DNA from: an uncultured Planctomycetales bacterium
GTDB lineage: Bacteria; Planctomycetota; Phycisphaerae; UBA1845; PWPN01
Assembly (NCBI GenBank): GCA_964618455.1
Contig: CAZUAQ010000010.1
Coordinates: forward strand, 1 to 64,000
Length of the DNA stretch: 64,000 nucleotides
Direction: 5' to 3'
Each line of letters opens with the position of its first letter. Position 1 is the stretch's first letter. Below the pieces are notes generated by a model. The model was not told the origin of the DNA and made no database searches. It saw nothing but the letters and a program-made list of their open reading frames with translations. The translations under genes were made by a program, and so were the position numbers. Shown in pieces: positions 49,097 through 59,692 of the stretch.

Positions 49097-49349
49097 CCAC
49101 CTTCGCACGGATTCCGCTCCACCCTCGCCTGCTTTCCCCTGCTGTTGGTAGCGAAAGGGCTCACCCGAAGACGCGAAACCGCGAGACGTTGCTCTGCAAT
49201 CTTCGCGACTTCGCGTGTCATACAAGTCGGGCGTGGTCAATTCGCCCGGCAGGGATTAGCATAATCGAGTTCGGCCCGCGGCTTCGTTTGCCGCCGTTCA
49301 TGGCTGATCGATGATGCCACAACAGGACTGCCGCACGGAGAAGCGATCG

Positions 49350-51065
49350 ATGAGTACCGCCGTCACTGAAAAATCCTACCCCCGCAAGTTCGTCCCCGCC
49401 GACGCCGACATGGGCGACTGGGCCCAGATCGAGCCGCTCTTCGACCAGCTCGACCAGGTGCCCCTCACCTCGACCGAGGACCTCGAGGGCTGGCTCGGCT
49501 ACGTCAGCGAACTGGCGAGCTGCCTCAGCGAGGAAAACAGCAAGCGGTACGTGGCGATGACGTGCCAGACCGACGACCCCGAACGCGAGAAGGCGTACAT
49601 GCACTTCGTCGAGAATATCGAGCCGAAGTGCGAGCCGCGCTGGCACAAGCTCAAGGAACGCTACGTGGCGGCGCCCGCGCGGACGGACCTGTCCAAGGAA
49701 CGCTACACCGTCTACGACCGCAGCGTCCGCAACGATGTCGAGCTCTTCCGCGAGGAGAACATCCCGCTGAAGACGGAGGACACCAAGCTCGACCAGAAGT
49801 ACATGAAGACCTGCGGCGTTATGACCGTCACGTACGAGGGCGAGAAGCGCACGCTCCAGCAGATGGCCCGCTACCAGCAGGAGCCCGACCGTGCCGTTCG
49901 CGAGAAGACCTGGACGATGGTCGCCAGGCGCCGCCTCGAGGATCGCGAAGCCATCGACGAGATCTTCGATCAGATGATCACGATTCGCACCCAGATTGCC
50001 GAGAACGCGGGCTTCGAGAACTTTCGCGACTACCAGTTCCGCCGGTACGAGCGCTTCGACTACACACCCGACGACTGCTTCGCCTTTCACGAGGCGATCG
50101 AGGAGCTCATCGTCCCCGCCATGCGGATCATCCAGGGCGAGCGGCGGCAGAGCCTGGGTGTCGAGAAGCTGCGCCCGTGGGACCTGGCGGTGGACGTGAA
50201 GAACCGCGCCCCCCTGCGCCCCTTCGACAAGGCGGAAGACCTTCGCGACAAGTGTGAGACGATTTTCGCAAAGATCGATCCGGAACTCGGCACGCAGTTT
50301 CACGCCATGGTCGAAGCCGGCTGGCTGGATCTCGAAAGCCGCGAGGGCAAGGCCCCCGGCGGCTACCAGGCCACCTTCGACGAGACGCGGCATCCGTTCA
50401 TCTTCATGAACGCCGTCGGGCTGCATCGCGATGTGGAGACGCTTCTGCACGAGGGTGGGCACGCGTTTCATGCCGTGGCCTGCCGCGACGAGCCGCTCGT
50501 GTCTTACCGCCACTGTGGGATGGAGATGGCCGAGGTGGCGTCGATGGGCATGGAACTGCTGGCCTACGATCATCTCGACGTCTTCTACGACGGCGAGGAT
50601 CTCCACCGGGCCCGGCGCGAGCAACTCGAGGGGATCGTCAACGTCTTCCCCTGGATCGCGACCATCGATGCCTACCAGCACTGGCTGTACCTGCATCCCA
50701 CGCATACGCGCGAGGCACGAACCGCGCACTGGCTGTCACTGAACGAGCGGTTCGGCGGCATTGTCGATTACGAAGGGCACGAGGATGCGCGGCGGGCGAT
50801 GTGGCAGCGGCAACTGCACCTGTTCGGCGTGCCGTTTTATTACATCGAGTACGGGATCGCCCAGATCGGCGCACTGCAGTTGTGGCGCAACGCGCGGCAG
50901 GACAAGGCCCAGGCGCTGAAGCAGTACCGCGAGGCACTGGCTCTCGGCGGCAGCCGGCCCCTGCCCGAACTCTGGTCCGCCGCCGGGCTGACGTTCGACT
51001 TCAGCAAAGCCACGCTCGCCCCCCTCATCGAGGACCTCATGGCGGAGCTGGACAAGCTGAACTGA
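49350..51065 (+). CDS. M3-family oligoendopeptidase F-like zinc metallopeptidase
   Basis: HEGGHAFH zincin motif with a downstream Glu; about 570 aa; PepF-like architecture. Confidence 0.75.
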   Translation: MSTAVTEKSYPRKFVPADADMGDWAQIEPLFDQLDQVPLTSTEDLEGWLGYVSELASCLSEENSKRYVAMTCQTDDPEREKAYMHFVENIEPKCEPRWHKLKERYVAAPARTDLSKERYTVYDRSVRNDVELFREENIPLKTEDTKLDQKYMKTCGVMTVTYEGEKRTLQQMARYQQEPDRAVREKTWTMVARRRLEDREAIDEIFDQMITIRTQIAENAGFENFRDYQFRRYERFDYTPDDCFAFHEAIEELIVPAMRIIQGERRQSLGVEKLRPWDLAVDVKNRAPLRPFDKAEDLRDKCETIFAKIDPELGTQFHAMVEAGWLDLESREGKAPGGYQATFDETRHPFIFMNAVGLHRDVETLLHEGGHAFHAVACRDEPLVSYRHCGMEMAEVASMGMELLAYDHLDVFYDGEDLHRARREQLEGIVNVFPWIATIDAYQHWLYLHPTHTREARTAHWLSLNERFGGIVDYEGHEDARRAMWQRQLHLFGVPFYYIEYGIAQIGALQLWRNARQDKAQALKQYREALALGGSRPLPELWSAAGLTFDFSKATLAPLIEDLMAELDKLN

Positions 51066-51277
51066 GTTGCGGCGCGATGGTTGAGGATCCGAGTTCCGCG
51101 AGCGAACTCGGCAGCATCAATGACCGGTCGGGACAGATGGGCTCAGCGCATCGCAACCAGTCAGTACCGCGACCGTGAGGGAGTGGATTCCAGGGACACG
51201 TTGCCCTTGTGGGATGCCCATCGCTTCACCTTTTCATCGATGTAAGGCTCACCCCTGGCCCATGTCGGGGTCACTGA

Positions 51278-52576
51278 TCACACCACCGGTCGACCTTGGC
51301 GCCAATCCTTGTCGCGCCACTTGCCGCCTGTGAAGTCCGGCATCTCCACCGAACCACCGTTCGCGTCGATCGACTGCTTCGAGCAGTGGTAGATCACGCT
51401 CCAGCTGGCAGCGTCGTACACGTCAATCCATGGCTCGCGATCCTCGCGCACCATGTTCACGAACGCGCGGACCACGAAATAATCACCGCCACCATGGCCG
51501 GCATGCTTCGCCTGCTCCCCTTCCTGCTTCCAGACCGGGTGTTCGTACTTGCTGTAGTACTCCTCGCGATCCTCCCACAGCTTCATCGACTGATCGAAGA
51601 AGAGCCCCACGCGCGAATCGTAACACCCCCGCACGCCCTGCAGCAGGTAGTAGTTCGACATCGGCCGCGGGGAGTTCACGTCGTAGTCGTTGCGGATCAG
51701 CCTCCCGTGCTCGGTGGTCATCATGACCGACGTGAAGTCCCCGTTGGCCCACTCGATCTTCGCCTGCTGGCTGTCGGGGCCGTACTCGCGCGTCGCGTAT
51801 CGCTCGAGCACGCGCGGCGTGGACATCATCGCCGACAGGTGCGTCACGCGATCGCCGTCGTTGATGCCCATCCACTTGCTCACCGGCCCCATGGCGTGCG
51901 TCGGGTAATCGTGGCCGTAGTACTTGCCCGCCCAATCGCCCCACCAGTCCAGCGAACCGTCGTCCTTGAAGAGCATGAAACGGCAGTCGTGAATGTACGC
52001 GCACTCGGCGTAGTAGGGATCGCCGAAGATCCCCTGCATGGCCATGTTGTAGACCGCCATCGCCTCCCGGGCGTAGAGGTAGTTCTCCAGGAGGATGTAG
52101 CGCTTGCCGGTCGCTTCTTTCGTCCGGACAAGTTCCCACAGTTCGTCGAGGTGAAACCCGGCAGGTACTTCGCTGGCGACGTGCTTGCCCGCCTTCATCG
52201 CCGCCACCGCCATCGGGCAGTGCCACTTCGTCGGTGTGGCAACCAGGATGGCGTCGAGGTCGTCGCGCTGGAGCATCCTGCCGTACGCGTCAGGGCCGTC
52301 ACCGTAGCCGGCGGGCGGATCGCCCTGCTTGCCAGCGACAAGATCCCGCGCCTTCTGAAGATTCTCCGCGTCCAGATCACACAGAGCGTTGACCTTCACC
52401 CCCGGCACGCCGAGAAGGATCCGCAGCAGGTGCGTGCCCCGATTGCCCACGCCCACGATGCCGATCCGCACCGGGCGCTCCGATGTACTGTCGGCGGCTT
52501 GAGCCCGGTGACTCGATACGGATGCTGCCAGGGCAGCCGCCCCCAGGCTGTTTCGTAAAAACTCACGACGTTTCAT
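51278..52576 (-). CDS. Gfo/Idh/MocA-family oxidoreductase with Tat signal
   Basis: MKRREFLRNSLGAAALAASVSSHRAQA twin-arginine signal; VRIGIVGVGNRG Rossmann motif; 432 aa. Confidence 0.8.
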   Translation of the reverse strand: MKRREFLRNSLGAAALAASVSSHRAQAADSTSERPVRIGIVGVGNRGTHLLRILLGVPGVKVNALCDLDAENLQKARDLVAGKQGDPPAGYGDGPDAYGRMLQRDDLDAILVATPTKWHCPMAVAAMKAGKHVASEVPAGFHLDELWELVRTKEATGKRYILLENYLYAREAMAVYNMAMQGIFGDPYYAECAYIHDCRFMLFKDDGSLDWWGDWAGKYYGHDYPTHAMGPVSKWMGINDGDRVTHLSAMMSTPRVLERYATREYGPDSQQAKIEWANGDFTSVMMTTEHGRLIRNDYDVNSPRPMSNYYLLQGVRGCYDSRVGLFFDQSMKLWEDREEYYSKYEHPVWKQEGEQAKHAGHGGGDYFVVRAFVNMVREDREPWIDVYDAASWSVIYHCSKQSIDANGGSVEMPDFTGGKWRDKDWRQGRPVV

Positions 52577-52620
52577 GGAAGACCTCGCATTCAGGACTCA
52601 TGGATTGACTACCCATCATC

Positions 52621-53997
52621 CTAAGCGCGGGGGTCCCCGGGGTGAAGCCCGGTCGCCTCTTCCAGCCGCGCGATGAGCCAGGCGGCATCCTCCTTGCTCG
52701 GGATCATGTTCGCCAGGTGAAACGTGTCGCCCGATTCATCCTCGGCATAGAGCCGGTACGTGGTGCGACCGCCACCACGCATGAACTGGTCATAGTCGAA
52801 CTTGGACAGTCCCTCCCGGTGTTTTGATCCGCTCAGCAGCGGCAGTCCACACACCGTCCACCTGCGTCGCACGGCATCGGGGGTGATCGTCACGCGCCAT
52901 CGGCCGCTGCACGACACCAGCAGCGCCAGGAACAGCAAGGCCAGAAGGCTGACGATCAATGCGAAAGGCCAGGCCATCAGCGTCTCCGTGAAGCTCCAGT
53001 ATGCCAGGAGGCCTGCCAATGTACCGAAGCCCCCCGCCGTGATCGTGAAGAAAATCTTCCCACCGCGGTCGAGCTTCGCGCGCACCACATATTCCGAGCC
53101 ACCGTGTGCATTGGCGCGAGGCATGATCAGATCGGGACGAGGCGGTTCGAATGCGTCCGCCGCCGCCTGAAGATCCGCCGTGAACGGAGCGCGTTTCGCC
53201 GGCTCGAACTCTCCGGTCCGCACTTCTTCGGCGGGCACGTCGAACACAGGCACGATGTATTTCAGATCCAGGTTCGCCCCCGGCAGCGACGCACGGGCCC
53301 GCATCCGCCACTGGATCTTGTACGTGCGATCGGATCGCCCTCGGTCCACCGGACCCGTCGGGTCGACGTCCAGCGGGATGCTGAACGCCACCGGCACCTC
53401 CACCTCATGCGTGTCGAAGGCCACACCTGAGACTTCGACCTCCTCACGATCCGCGTAGATGATCTTCGAGCCTTTGCGCTTACTGGTGTTCTGGGAGGAC
53501 CGCCTTTCGGTAGACTCCCAGAACTCCTTGCACTGCAGGTCGACCCGGACCTTCCGCAAGCCGGACAGCCGTCCCCGAATGACCAGCCTGACACGAAGAT
53601 CACCGCCGATCCGCCCCGGCAACGTCTCCAGGATCAGATCACTCTTGCCGAAGCGTCGGTAGCGTAGTGTGGATCGAATCGCGACGTACAAGAGAAAGAT
53701 CCCAATCCCCAGGATCACGCCGTACGTCAGCGACCCCACCGTCCGCACCCAACCCTCGGCATAGGGCGCACTTTCCCGAATCGCCAGGACAAAGGGGATC
53801 ACCAGCGCGATGTACAAGGCCAGGCCACCCCAGTACAGCAAACACTCGAACAGGCTCGCCGGCGCCAGGCGCTGCCGGCGCCAATCCATGCGCTTCAGCC
53901 ATGGCCGATCGGACCTGGGTTCCGACTCAGCCGAACGTGTTTTGCGAGCGGAGACCGCTTCCGCTGTTGACCGTTGATCGAGTGGCGTCATCGCCAT
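52621..53997 (-). CDS. Hypothetical membrane protein
   Basis: 458 aa; N-terminal polar region, two TM helices early and a further TM pair near residue 330; no recognisable catalytic motif. Confidence 0.45.
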   Translation of the reverse strand: MAMTPLDQRSTAEAVSARKTRSAESEPRSDRPWLKRMDWRRQRLAPASLFECLLYWGGLALYIALVIPFVLAIRESAPYAEGWVRTVGSLTYGVILGIGIFLLYVAIRSTLRYRRFGKSDLILETLPGRIGGDLRVRLVIRGRLSGLRKVRVDLQCKEFWESTERRSSQNTSKRKGSKIIYADREEVEVSGVAFDTHEVEVPVAFSIPLDVDPTGPVDRGRSDRTYKIQWRMRARASLPGANLDLKYIVPVFDVPAEEVRTGEFEPAKRAPFTADLQAAADAFEPPRPDLIMPRANAHGGSEYVVRAKLDRGGKIFFTITAGGFGTLAGLLAYWSFTETLMAWPFALIVSLLALLFLALLVSCSGRWRVTITPDAVRRRWTVCGLPLLSGSKHREGLSKFDYDQFMRGGGRTTYRLYAEDESGDTFHLANMIPSKEDAAWLIARLEEATGLHPGDPRA

Positions 53998-54384
53998 GGC
54001 CCCCTGGATCAGAAATCATGCTTGGTTCGAGGATACCCCCCTTGGAGAAATCGGCAGAAAGGGGCCTCCATCGTGCGGTAATTCAGAGCCAGACGGCTCA
54101 TTCGGATCAATCCACACGGCGACCAGTCATCTGCAACCGAGCGTGTAACGTAAAAACGAAAAACAGACGCCTTCCCACGCGGGGAGGGCGTCTGTAGTCG
54201 TATCTTGGCTACTCCTGATCACCACAACGTGACACTCGCCGGTAACCCGACTGGAGCCTCGCTGCATGATCAGCCAAGCGACGAGAGCACAGCCCGAAGG
54301 CTGCCTCAATGCTTGGATATCCTTGGCCTCTCGGACGCGCAGATCGCGCGGTACGAGAGTCCGTCGGAAAAAAGGCCTGCCAAC

Positions 54385-54570
54385 TTACGTGGTGAGGCCG
54401 CCGAGGAGACCACCGAGAAGGTTCGTGCCGACCAGCGTCGCCACGAGCGAGATCCCGAAGTCCCACACGTTGAACAGACGGTTCACCGTGAGGTCACCAA
54501 TGCAGCCACTGCCGAGCAGCGTCGCGCCAGTCACCGTGCTTGCGAGAAGCATAGTCTTGAACTTAGTCAT
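54385..54570 (-). CDS. Small secreted/lipid-anchored glycine-rich peptide (61 aa), paralog A
   Basis: MTKFKTMLLASTVTGATLLGSGC signal; C-terminus NVWDFGISLVATLVGTNLLGGLLGGLTT; RBS aggag 9 nt upstream; a paralog lies 230 bp away. Confidence 0.5.
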   Translation of the reverse strand: MTKFKTMLLASTVTGATLLGSGCIGDLTVNRLFNVWDFGISLVATLVGTNLLGGLLGGLTT

Positions 54571-54798
54571 TAGAATTCGCTCCTAATTTTTCCTTTAGCG
54601 CCCGGGGCGACTTGTTCCACACGTCGCCTGCCAGGCATTTCCTTGCTTGTCATCCAATCTTACCGAGTGCTGCCGACCAACCACCGGAATGCTGCGTCAA
54701 TACAACTCGACGTCACCACATGCAAGGTCGGCCAATGTCACCTGGTCATTTCTCAAATCAAAATGCCAGGCCATCCAAGCCAGCAAATGCCCGTCGCC

Positions 54799-54990
54799 TT
54801 AGGTGGCCAGATTGAGGCCCGCGCCCTGCAGCAGGGTACCGGCAATGACACCAAGACCAATGTCGAACAGCTCAATGGCGGTAATCGCGATTGTGGAATT
54901 GCCGAGGTTGCCCCAGTTACCCCAACCACAGCCACCGCCGAAGAGCATCGCCGCACTCAGGATCAGGGCCCACTTTTTCATCCTATGCAT
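54799..54990 (-). CDS. Small secreted/lipid-anchored glycine-rich peptide (63 aa), paralog B
   Basis: MHRMKKWALILSAAMLFGGGCGWGNWGNLGN...ELFDIGLGVIAGTLLQGAGLNLAT; same architecture and shared F-D-x-G...GT-LL-G motif with paralog A; RBS aggagag. Confidence 0.5.
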   Translation of the reverse strand: MHRMKKWALILSAAMLFGGGCGWGNWGNLGNSTIAITAIELFDIGLGVIAGTLLQGAGLNLAT

Positions 54991-55345
54991 GGGAAGTCTC
55001 TCCTATGGAAATAACCCGGACTCCAAACTCTTGAAGCCTTTTCGAAACTCTATGACTTCGGCCCACGCGGCCGCGCCAATTTCATACGTTCACACGAACG
55101 ATACATTTATTCACTCTATGGCCCAGCATCATGGGCCTGAACATTGATTCAGGATCCGCCCTTCCGACTTACCGCTTTTGATCAGCCGGCCTGCGAATTC
55201 CGTGTCTCTTCGATTGTCGTGAAACCGAAATACTGCTCGCTCGGCAAGGCACCCTGAAGCGTGATTGCTGCTTCGGCCCTGTAGACTGGCCGCGCTTCCA
55301 ATCTAAGGGGCAGGATCATACTGATTTTCATCCCGTTTGCAAGCC

Positions 55346-56389
55346 TCAATCTCGAAAAAATCCTTCGATCGAGGTCCGGCTCACCGGGCTGATGACGCCC
55401 TTTTCCGTGATGATGCCGCGAATCAACTCGGCCGGAGTGACATCAAAAGCCGGATTGTAACACGCCACGCCCTCCGGAACCGTCCGATGGCCCATGGCCT
55501 CACCGATCTCCGCCGGATCACGCTGCTCGATCGGAATCGAGGCTCCATCGGGCAAGCTCATGTCGAACGTCGATCGAGGCGCTGCCACGTAAAACGGCAC
55601 TTTATGATAGTCAGCCAAAACGGCCAAGCCATACGTCCCGATCTTGTTGGCGGCATCGCCGTTGGCCGCAACTCGATCCGCGCCGGTGATCACCAGGTCC
55701 ACACGACCTTCGCGCATCACCTGGGCCGCCATATTGTCGCAAATCACGGAGACATCTATACCTGCGCGTGACAATTCCCACGACGTCAGGCGCGCGCCCT
55801 GAAGCAACGGACGGGTCTCGTCCGCGAAGACGCGGAACTTCCGTCCCTGCTCATGAGCGACAAACATCACCGCAAGCGCCGTCCCGTACTCCGAGGTAGC
55901 CAGTCCGCCGGCATTGCAGTGCGTCAGCACGCCCGATCCCTCCGGGATCAGCATCTGACCGGCGTCTCCAATCGCCCGACACACGGCAGCATCCTCGACC
56001 CGGATCCTCCGAGCCTCGTCCAGAACGGCGTTCTGGAGCTCCCGTGTCGTCTTCCCGCGGTACGCCTCGGCGTGGCGGCGCATCCGATCCAGCGCCCAGA
56101 ACAGATTCACGGCGGTGGGCCGGCTGCTCGCCAGGTAGTCGCATACGCTTGCCAGCTTCTCAAAGAACGCGTCCTCGGTCTCCGCATCCCGGGTTCCGAG
56201 CACGACACCCATGGCCGCCGCCACCCCGATGGCCGGGGCGCCGCGAACCCGAAGGCTCTTGATCGCCTCCCATAACGTCTCCACGTCGGTGATGGCGATC
56301 ACCTTCTCCTCTTCGGGGAGCAGGGTCTGATCGATCATCTCGATCGCCCCATCGAGCCCGCCCACCCACTCTATGGTCTTGTAAGACAT
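55346..56389 (-). CDS. mtnA: S-methyl-5-thioribose-1-phosphate isomerase (eIF-2B alpha/beta/delta family)
   Basis: Start MSYKTIEW (ATG reverse complement at 56387-56389); RVRGAPAIGVAAAMG and GADRVAANGDAANKIGTY family motifs. Confidence 0.75.
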   Translation of the reverse strand: MSYKTIEWVGGLDGAIEMIDQTLLPEEEKVIAITDVETLWEAIKSLRVRGAPAIGVAAAMGVVLGTRDAETEDAFFEKLASVCDYLASSRPTAVNLFWALDRMRRHAEAYRGKTTRELQNAVLDEARRIRVEDAAVCRAIGDAGQMLIPEGSGVLTHCNAGGLATSEYGTALAVMFVAHEQGRKFRVFADETRPLLQGARLTSWELSRAGIDVSVICDNMAAQVMREGRVDLVITGADRVAANGDAANKIGTYGLAVLADYHKVPFYVAAPRSTFDMSLPDGASIPIEQRDPAEIGEAMGHRTVPEGVACYNPAFDVTPAELIRGIITEKGVISPVSRTSIEGFFRD

Positions 56390-56393
56390 GGGC

Positions 56394-56909
56394 TTAGACA
56401 AGGCCGATCCTCTCCCTGAGAGATTGGCGTTTCTTATCGACCGATTGTGCTTGAGAACTTTTGAAATTCTTGAGGGCCTCCTCCATTTTCGGATCCGATT
56501 CGGCGAGAATCTGTACCGCCAGCAGGGCCGCATTCCGGGCGCCCGCCGAGCCGACGGAGACCGTGGCTACGGGGATGCCCGGGGGCATCTGCACCATGCT
56601 CAGGAGGGCATCCACCCCCTGCAGGGCTCCGGAGACCAGCGGTACGCCGATGACCGGGCGGGTCGTATGTGCCGCCACGACGCCGGGCAGCGCGGCCGCC
56701 ATCCCGGCGGCAGCGATGAACACGCGAACCCCGTCCTTCTCCGCCTGGGTCACGTATTCAGTGACCGCCACGGGCGTCCGGTGAGCGGAACGCACCTGCA
56801 CATCCGTGGGCACGCCGAATTCCTTGAGCTGATCGTAGCAGCGCTGCATGACCTCCCAGTCCGAATCACTGCCCATCAGTATCGCCACACGATAGTTCGC
56901 GTCAGGCAT
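56394..56909 (-). CDS. purE: N5-carboxyaminoimidazole ribonucleotide mutase
   Basis: Start MPDANYRVAILMGSDSDW; PurE motifs (SAHRTP, AAGMAAALPGVVAAHT); 171 aa. Confidence 0.85.
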   Translation of the reverse strand: MPDANYRVAILMGSDSDWEVMQRCYDQLKEFGVPTDVQVRSAHRTPVAVTEYVTQAEKDGVRVFIAAAGMAAALPGVVAAHTTRPVIGVPLVSGALQGVDALLSMVQMPPGIPVATVSVGSAGARNAALLAVQILAESDPKMEEALKNFKSSQAQSVDKKRQSLRERIGLV

Positions 56910-57328
56910 GACACCTCGTCTCCTGAAGTTCCGGCAGAGGTAATCGGACGTCCGATCGTGGGGTCCGCCCGGCCGGTCGCTTTCGATCTCGCATGACCGC
57001 CGCAAGATCTCGAAAGAGAAATTGCCTCGCCGGAAATCGAATCGTACATGTAAGGGTAACGCTTGTCGGGGGAAATGAGAAGCAGACCGGGATGTCGTAC
57101 GGCGGCGATGGGGCGCCCGAGGGGGGCGCGCCTCATCGTGCCGCGCGCAGGATCATCGCCATCCAGATCCCGGACTGTAGCGGAGCTTCCCAGTACAGAT
57201 GGCATGACTTTCCGGTCTCGCGGGCTCGCCCGCGGGACACCGGCGACAAGGCCGATGCGATCGGGCAACGCCGGTGCGCGGACATCGTAACAGAAGTCGC
57301 GAGACACCCTCCGTCAGGAGCGATCGGC

Positions 57329-58129
57329 ATGACGAGCCAACAGGGTTGCCCGGAGAAGCTGTGGAAGCGTTATCACCGGAACCGCTCGACGAAGAATCGC
57401 AATCGGCTCGTGGAGTGCTACGTGTCGCTGGTTCGCGCCGAGGCGGTGCGGATCGCGCGGCGCCTGCCCGCCCAGATCAGCATGGATGAGATCGTCAGCG
57501 CCGGTTTCGATGGGCTGATGCGGGCGGTGGAAGCGTATGACCCGGAGAAGCCCGCCAAGTTCGAGACGTTCTGCCGGCAGCGGATCCAGGGCGCGGTCAT
57601 CGACTGGCTGCGCAGCCAGGACCATCAGTCCCGCACAATCCGCCTCTTCGAGAAGCAGCGTAACCGGGCATGGGAAGAGCTGGAGCGCGAGCTGCAACGT
57701 CCGCCGACGGATGAGGAACTCCGCACCCGGCTGGACATGAGCCCCAAACAGTACGCGAAGATGTCGCGCATCTCGCACGTCGGTCAGTCGGTGCCGTTCT
57801 CGTCGATGGACGCCAAGCTGGGCAGCCTGAACGCCTCTCCGCACGAAGAGCGGACTTGGGAGGCCGAAGACCCGGACGCCATCGACCCGTCGGAGCAGAT
57901 GGAGCAGAAGATGCTCGTGGACATCCTCAAGAGTGGCCTCTGCAGGCAGGAGCGGTTGCTGCTGGCCCTGTATTACGAAGAGAACCTGTCGATGGCGGAG
58001 GTGGGTCAGGCGCTGGAATTGTCGGAGTCCCGCGTCAGCCAGATCCACAAGCAGGTGCTGCAGCAACTCCGCGACCGGTATGACTCGCGCGTCGCTGTCC
58101 GGCAATACGGCGAGGCGGTACATATCTAA
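57329..58129 (+). CDS. fliA: Flagellar sigma factor sigma-28 (FliA/WhiG family)
   Basis: Start MTSQQG with RBS caggag; region 2 (LVECYVSLVRAEAVRIARR), region 3 and region 4 (LSMAEVGQALELSESRVSQIHKQVLQQLR); 266 aa. Confidence 0.8.
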   Translation: MTSQQGCPEKLWKRYHRNRSTKNRNRLVECYVSLVRAEAVRIARRLPAQISMDEIVSAGFDGLMRAVEAYDPEKPAKFETFCRQRIQGAVIDWLRSQDHQSRTIRLFEKQRNRAWEELERELQRPPTDEELRTRLDMSPKQYAKMSRISHVGQSVPFSSMDAKLGSLNASPHEERTWEAEDPDAIDPSEQMEQKMLVDILKSGLCRQERLLLALYYEENLSMAEVGQALELSESRVSQIHKQVLQQLRDRYDSRVAVRQYGEAVHI

Positions 58130-58441
58130 GCGCAGCATGCTTCGGGATCGGAAGCTCGCACAGAGGCGGCGGCGAATTGCAGTCAGAATCGCACAAGTGA
58201 GGAAGCAGGCCGAGAAAGAGAGGTCCGTTTCGTCATTGTCCGTGATAAAGGAGAGTCTTCATTCATCCGCATGAGGCATGGATCCTGTGTTCGCTTCTCC
58301 TTTTCACCCCTCCCTCACGGTCGGGGTACTGACTGATCGCGCGTTGGGCCGACTGAATCTCGAACTTGTGCGTCTCGTTAAGACGCCTTGATCACGCGAA
58401 TGAGCGGAGCCACGCGGTAAACACGGCGGTGGATCGCGAGA

Positions 58442-58960
58442 TCAAGAAGTCGTCGGTATGGCTTCCCCGCACTCCGAACACACGTCCGTGACGTTTCCCG
58501 TCAGATCGTAGCCGCACTTCCGGCAATGGCCGGGCGGGAAGGGTTTGCGTACGCGCCAGAAGAGGACGGCGGTCGGCACCGCCACGCCGACCAGGATGAA
58601 CCAGAAGGGCACACGCAGCCATCGATGAACGACCCGCCCGCTGCGGTTGGAGCCGAAATCATCCTCCATGGTGACGATTTTACCGTAACGGAACCCGCTC
58701 AAGCGAAACGCCGGCGAATTCAAGGGACCGTACTGAAACCCCGCGGGTACGCCGGTCTTGTCGTACTCATAGCGTTTGATGTCGCAGGCAATGCCTTCGG
58801 CTTCGAAGAGATGCAGGCCGTACTCAATCTGCAGATTCCGCCGGGGGCGGGAAGTAATATAGAATGAGACGTCGTAGAAACAGGCGACGGCCCACAGGAT
58901 CACCACCAGCAGGCACCCTGCCGCGCCGATCCAGCGCATGCACCTCGCCACGCGATTCAT
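58442..58960 (-). CDS. Membrane protein with C-terminal CxxC-x11-CxxC zinc ribbon (paralog 1 of 3)
   Basis: Start MNRVARCMRWIG (ATG overlaps the upstream stop as ATGA at 58957-58960); two TM helices flank a globular segment; ends HCRKCGYDLTGNVTDVCSECGEAI. Confidence 0.6.
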   Translation of the reverse strand: MNRVARCMRWIGAAGCLLVVILWAVACFYDVSFYITSRPRRNLQIEYGLHLFEAEGIACDIKRYEYDKTGVPAGFQYGPLNSPAFRLSGFRYGKIVTMEDDFGSNRSGRVVHRWLRVPFWFILVGVAVPTAVLFWRVRKPFPPGHCRKCGYDLTGNVTDVCSECGEAIPTTS

Positions 58961-59435
58961 ACCGTGCTCCCGCATTTCGGACAAATGCCGCTGGTGTTGC
59001 CGGTGAGGTTATAGCCGCACGAAATGCACAAGTTGCTGACTTTCGCTCCCAACGACGAAGCGGTCCACGTGCGGCCATCCACAGAAACATGGGGACTCCT
59101 GTCACGATAAGGGTAGTCATCCAGTGTGGTAGCGTGATTTGCCTGCAATGACCTCCTCTGTATAACCAGTACTGATACTCGATGAATTGATACTTCGGCA
59201 AAATCCAATTGAGATCACCCGATGCAGACGTGAATTCCCATCCATCCGCAAAGAGAAATGCACTACTGATACTGATATCCCAGGTGATTATCGTATTCCC
59301 GCCTTGGAACTGATACGCCCAGGTCCTTGCATGGAACCCTGCATCCCAGTGCATGGCGACGGCATATCCGGCAATCACCACGCCCACACTCAAAATCAGC
59401 CAAGAGATGAGGAGCAGTCTTACAAATCGGATCAT
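58957..59435 (-). pseudogene. Frameshifted paralog 2 of the TM + zinc-ribbon family
   Basis: Length 479 nt (not a multiple of 3). N-terminal frame: MIRFVRLLLISWLILSVGVV...TM2 (TTLIVTGVPMFLWMAA)...RRWERK. The -1 frame then continues ...VSNLCISCGYNLTGNTSGICPKCGSTV*. The frame change is near 59040-59050 (gcgaaagtcagc). Confidence 0.5.
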
Positions 59436-59692
59436 ATCCGCTCCCCGCATTCCGGGCAGCGCGGTTCGGTGATGCCGCGCAGGATATGGTTGCACTTGCG
59501 GCAGCGGGTTTCGCGAGCGGAACCCACTTTCATACCCATAAACCGAGTCAACAGCCTGTAGGTCGTCAGTGCAATCAATGCCAGCGGCACCCCATAGGCA
59601 ATCGCTCGGGAGAATTGGTATCGCCATTGCGGCTTGATGACCGGAACGCGACGCTTCCGGCGGGTGAAATTGCCGCGCGGTCGCGCCGTCAT
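59432..59692 (-). CDS. Short TM + zinc-ribbon protein (paralog 3)
   Basis: Start MTARPRG (ATGA overlap with the upstream PEP-CTERM stop at 59689-59692); basic N-terminus, one TM, ends CRKCNHILRGITEPRCPECGERI; stop overlaps the paralog-2 start (ATGA at 59432-59435). Confidence 0.6.
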   Translation of the reverse strand: MTARPRGNFTRRKRRVPVIKPQWRYQFSRAIAYGVPLALIALTTYRLLTRFMGMKVGSARETRCRKCNHILRGITEPRCPECGERI

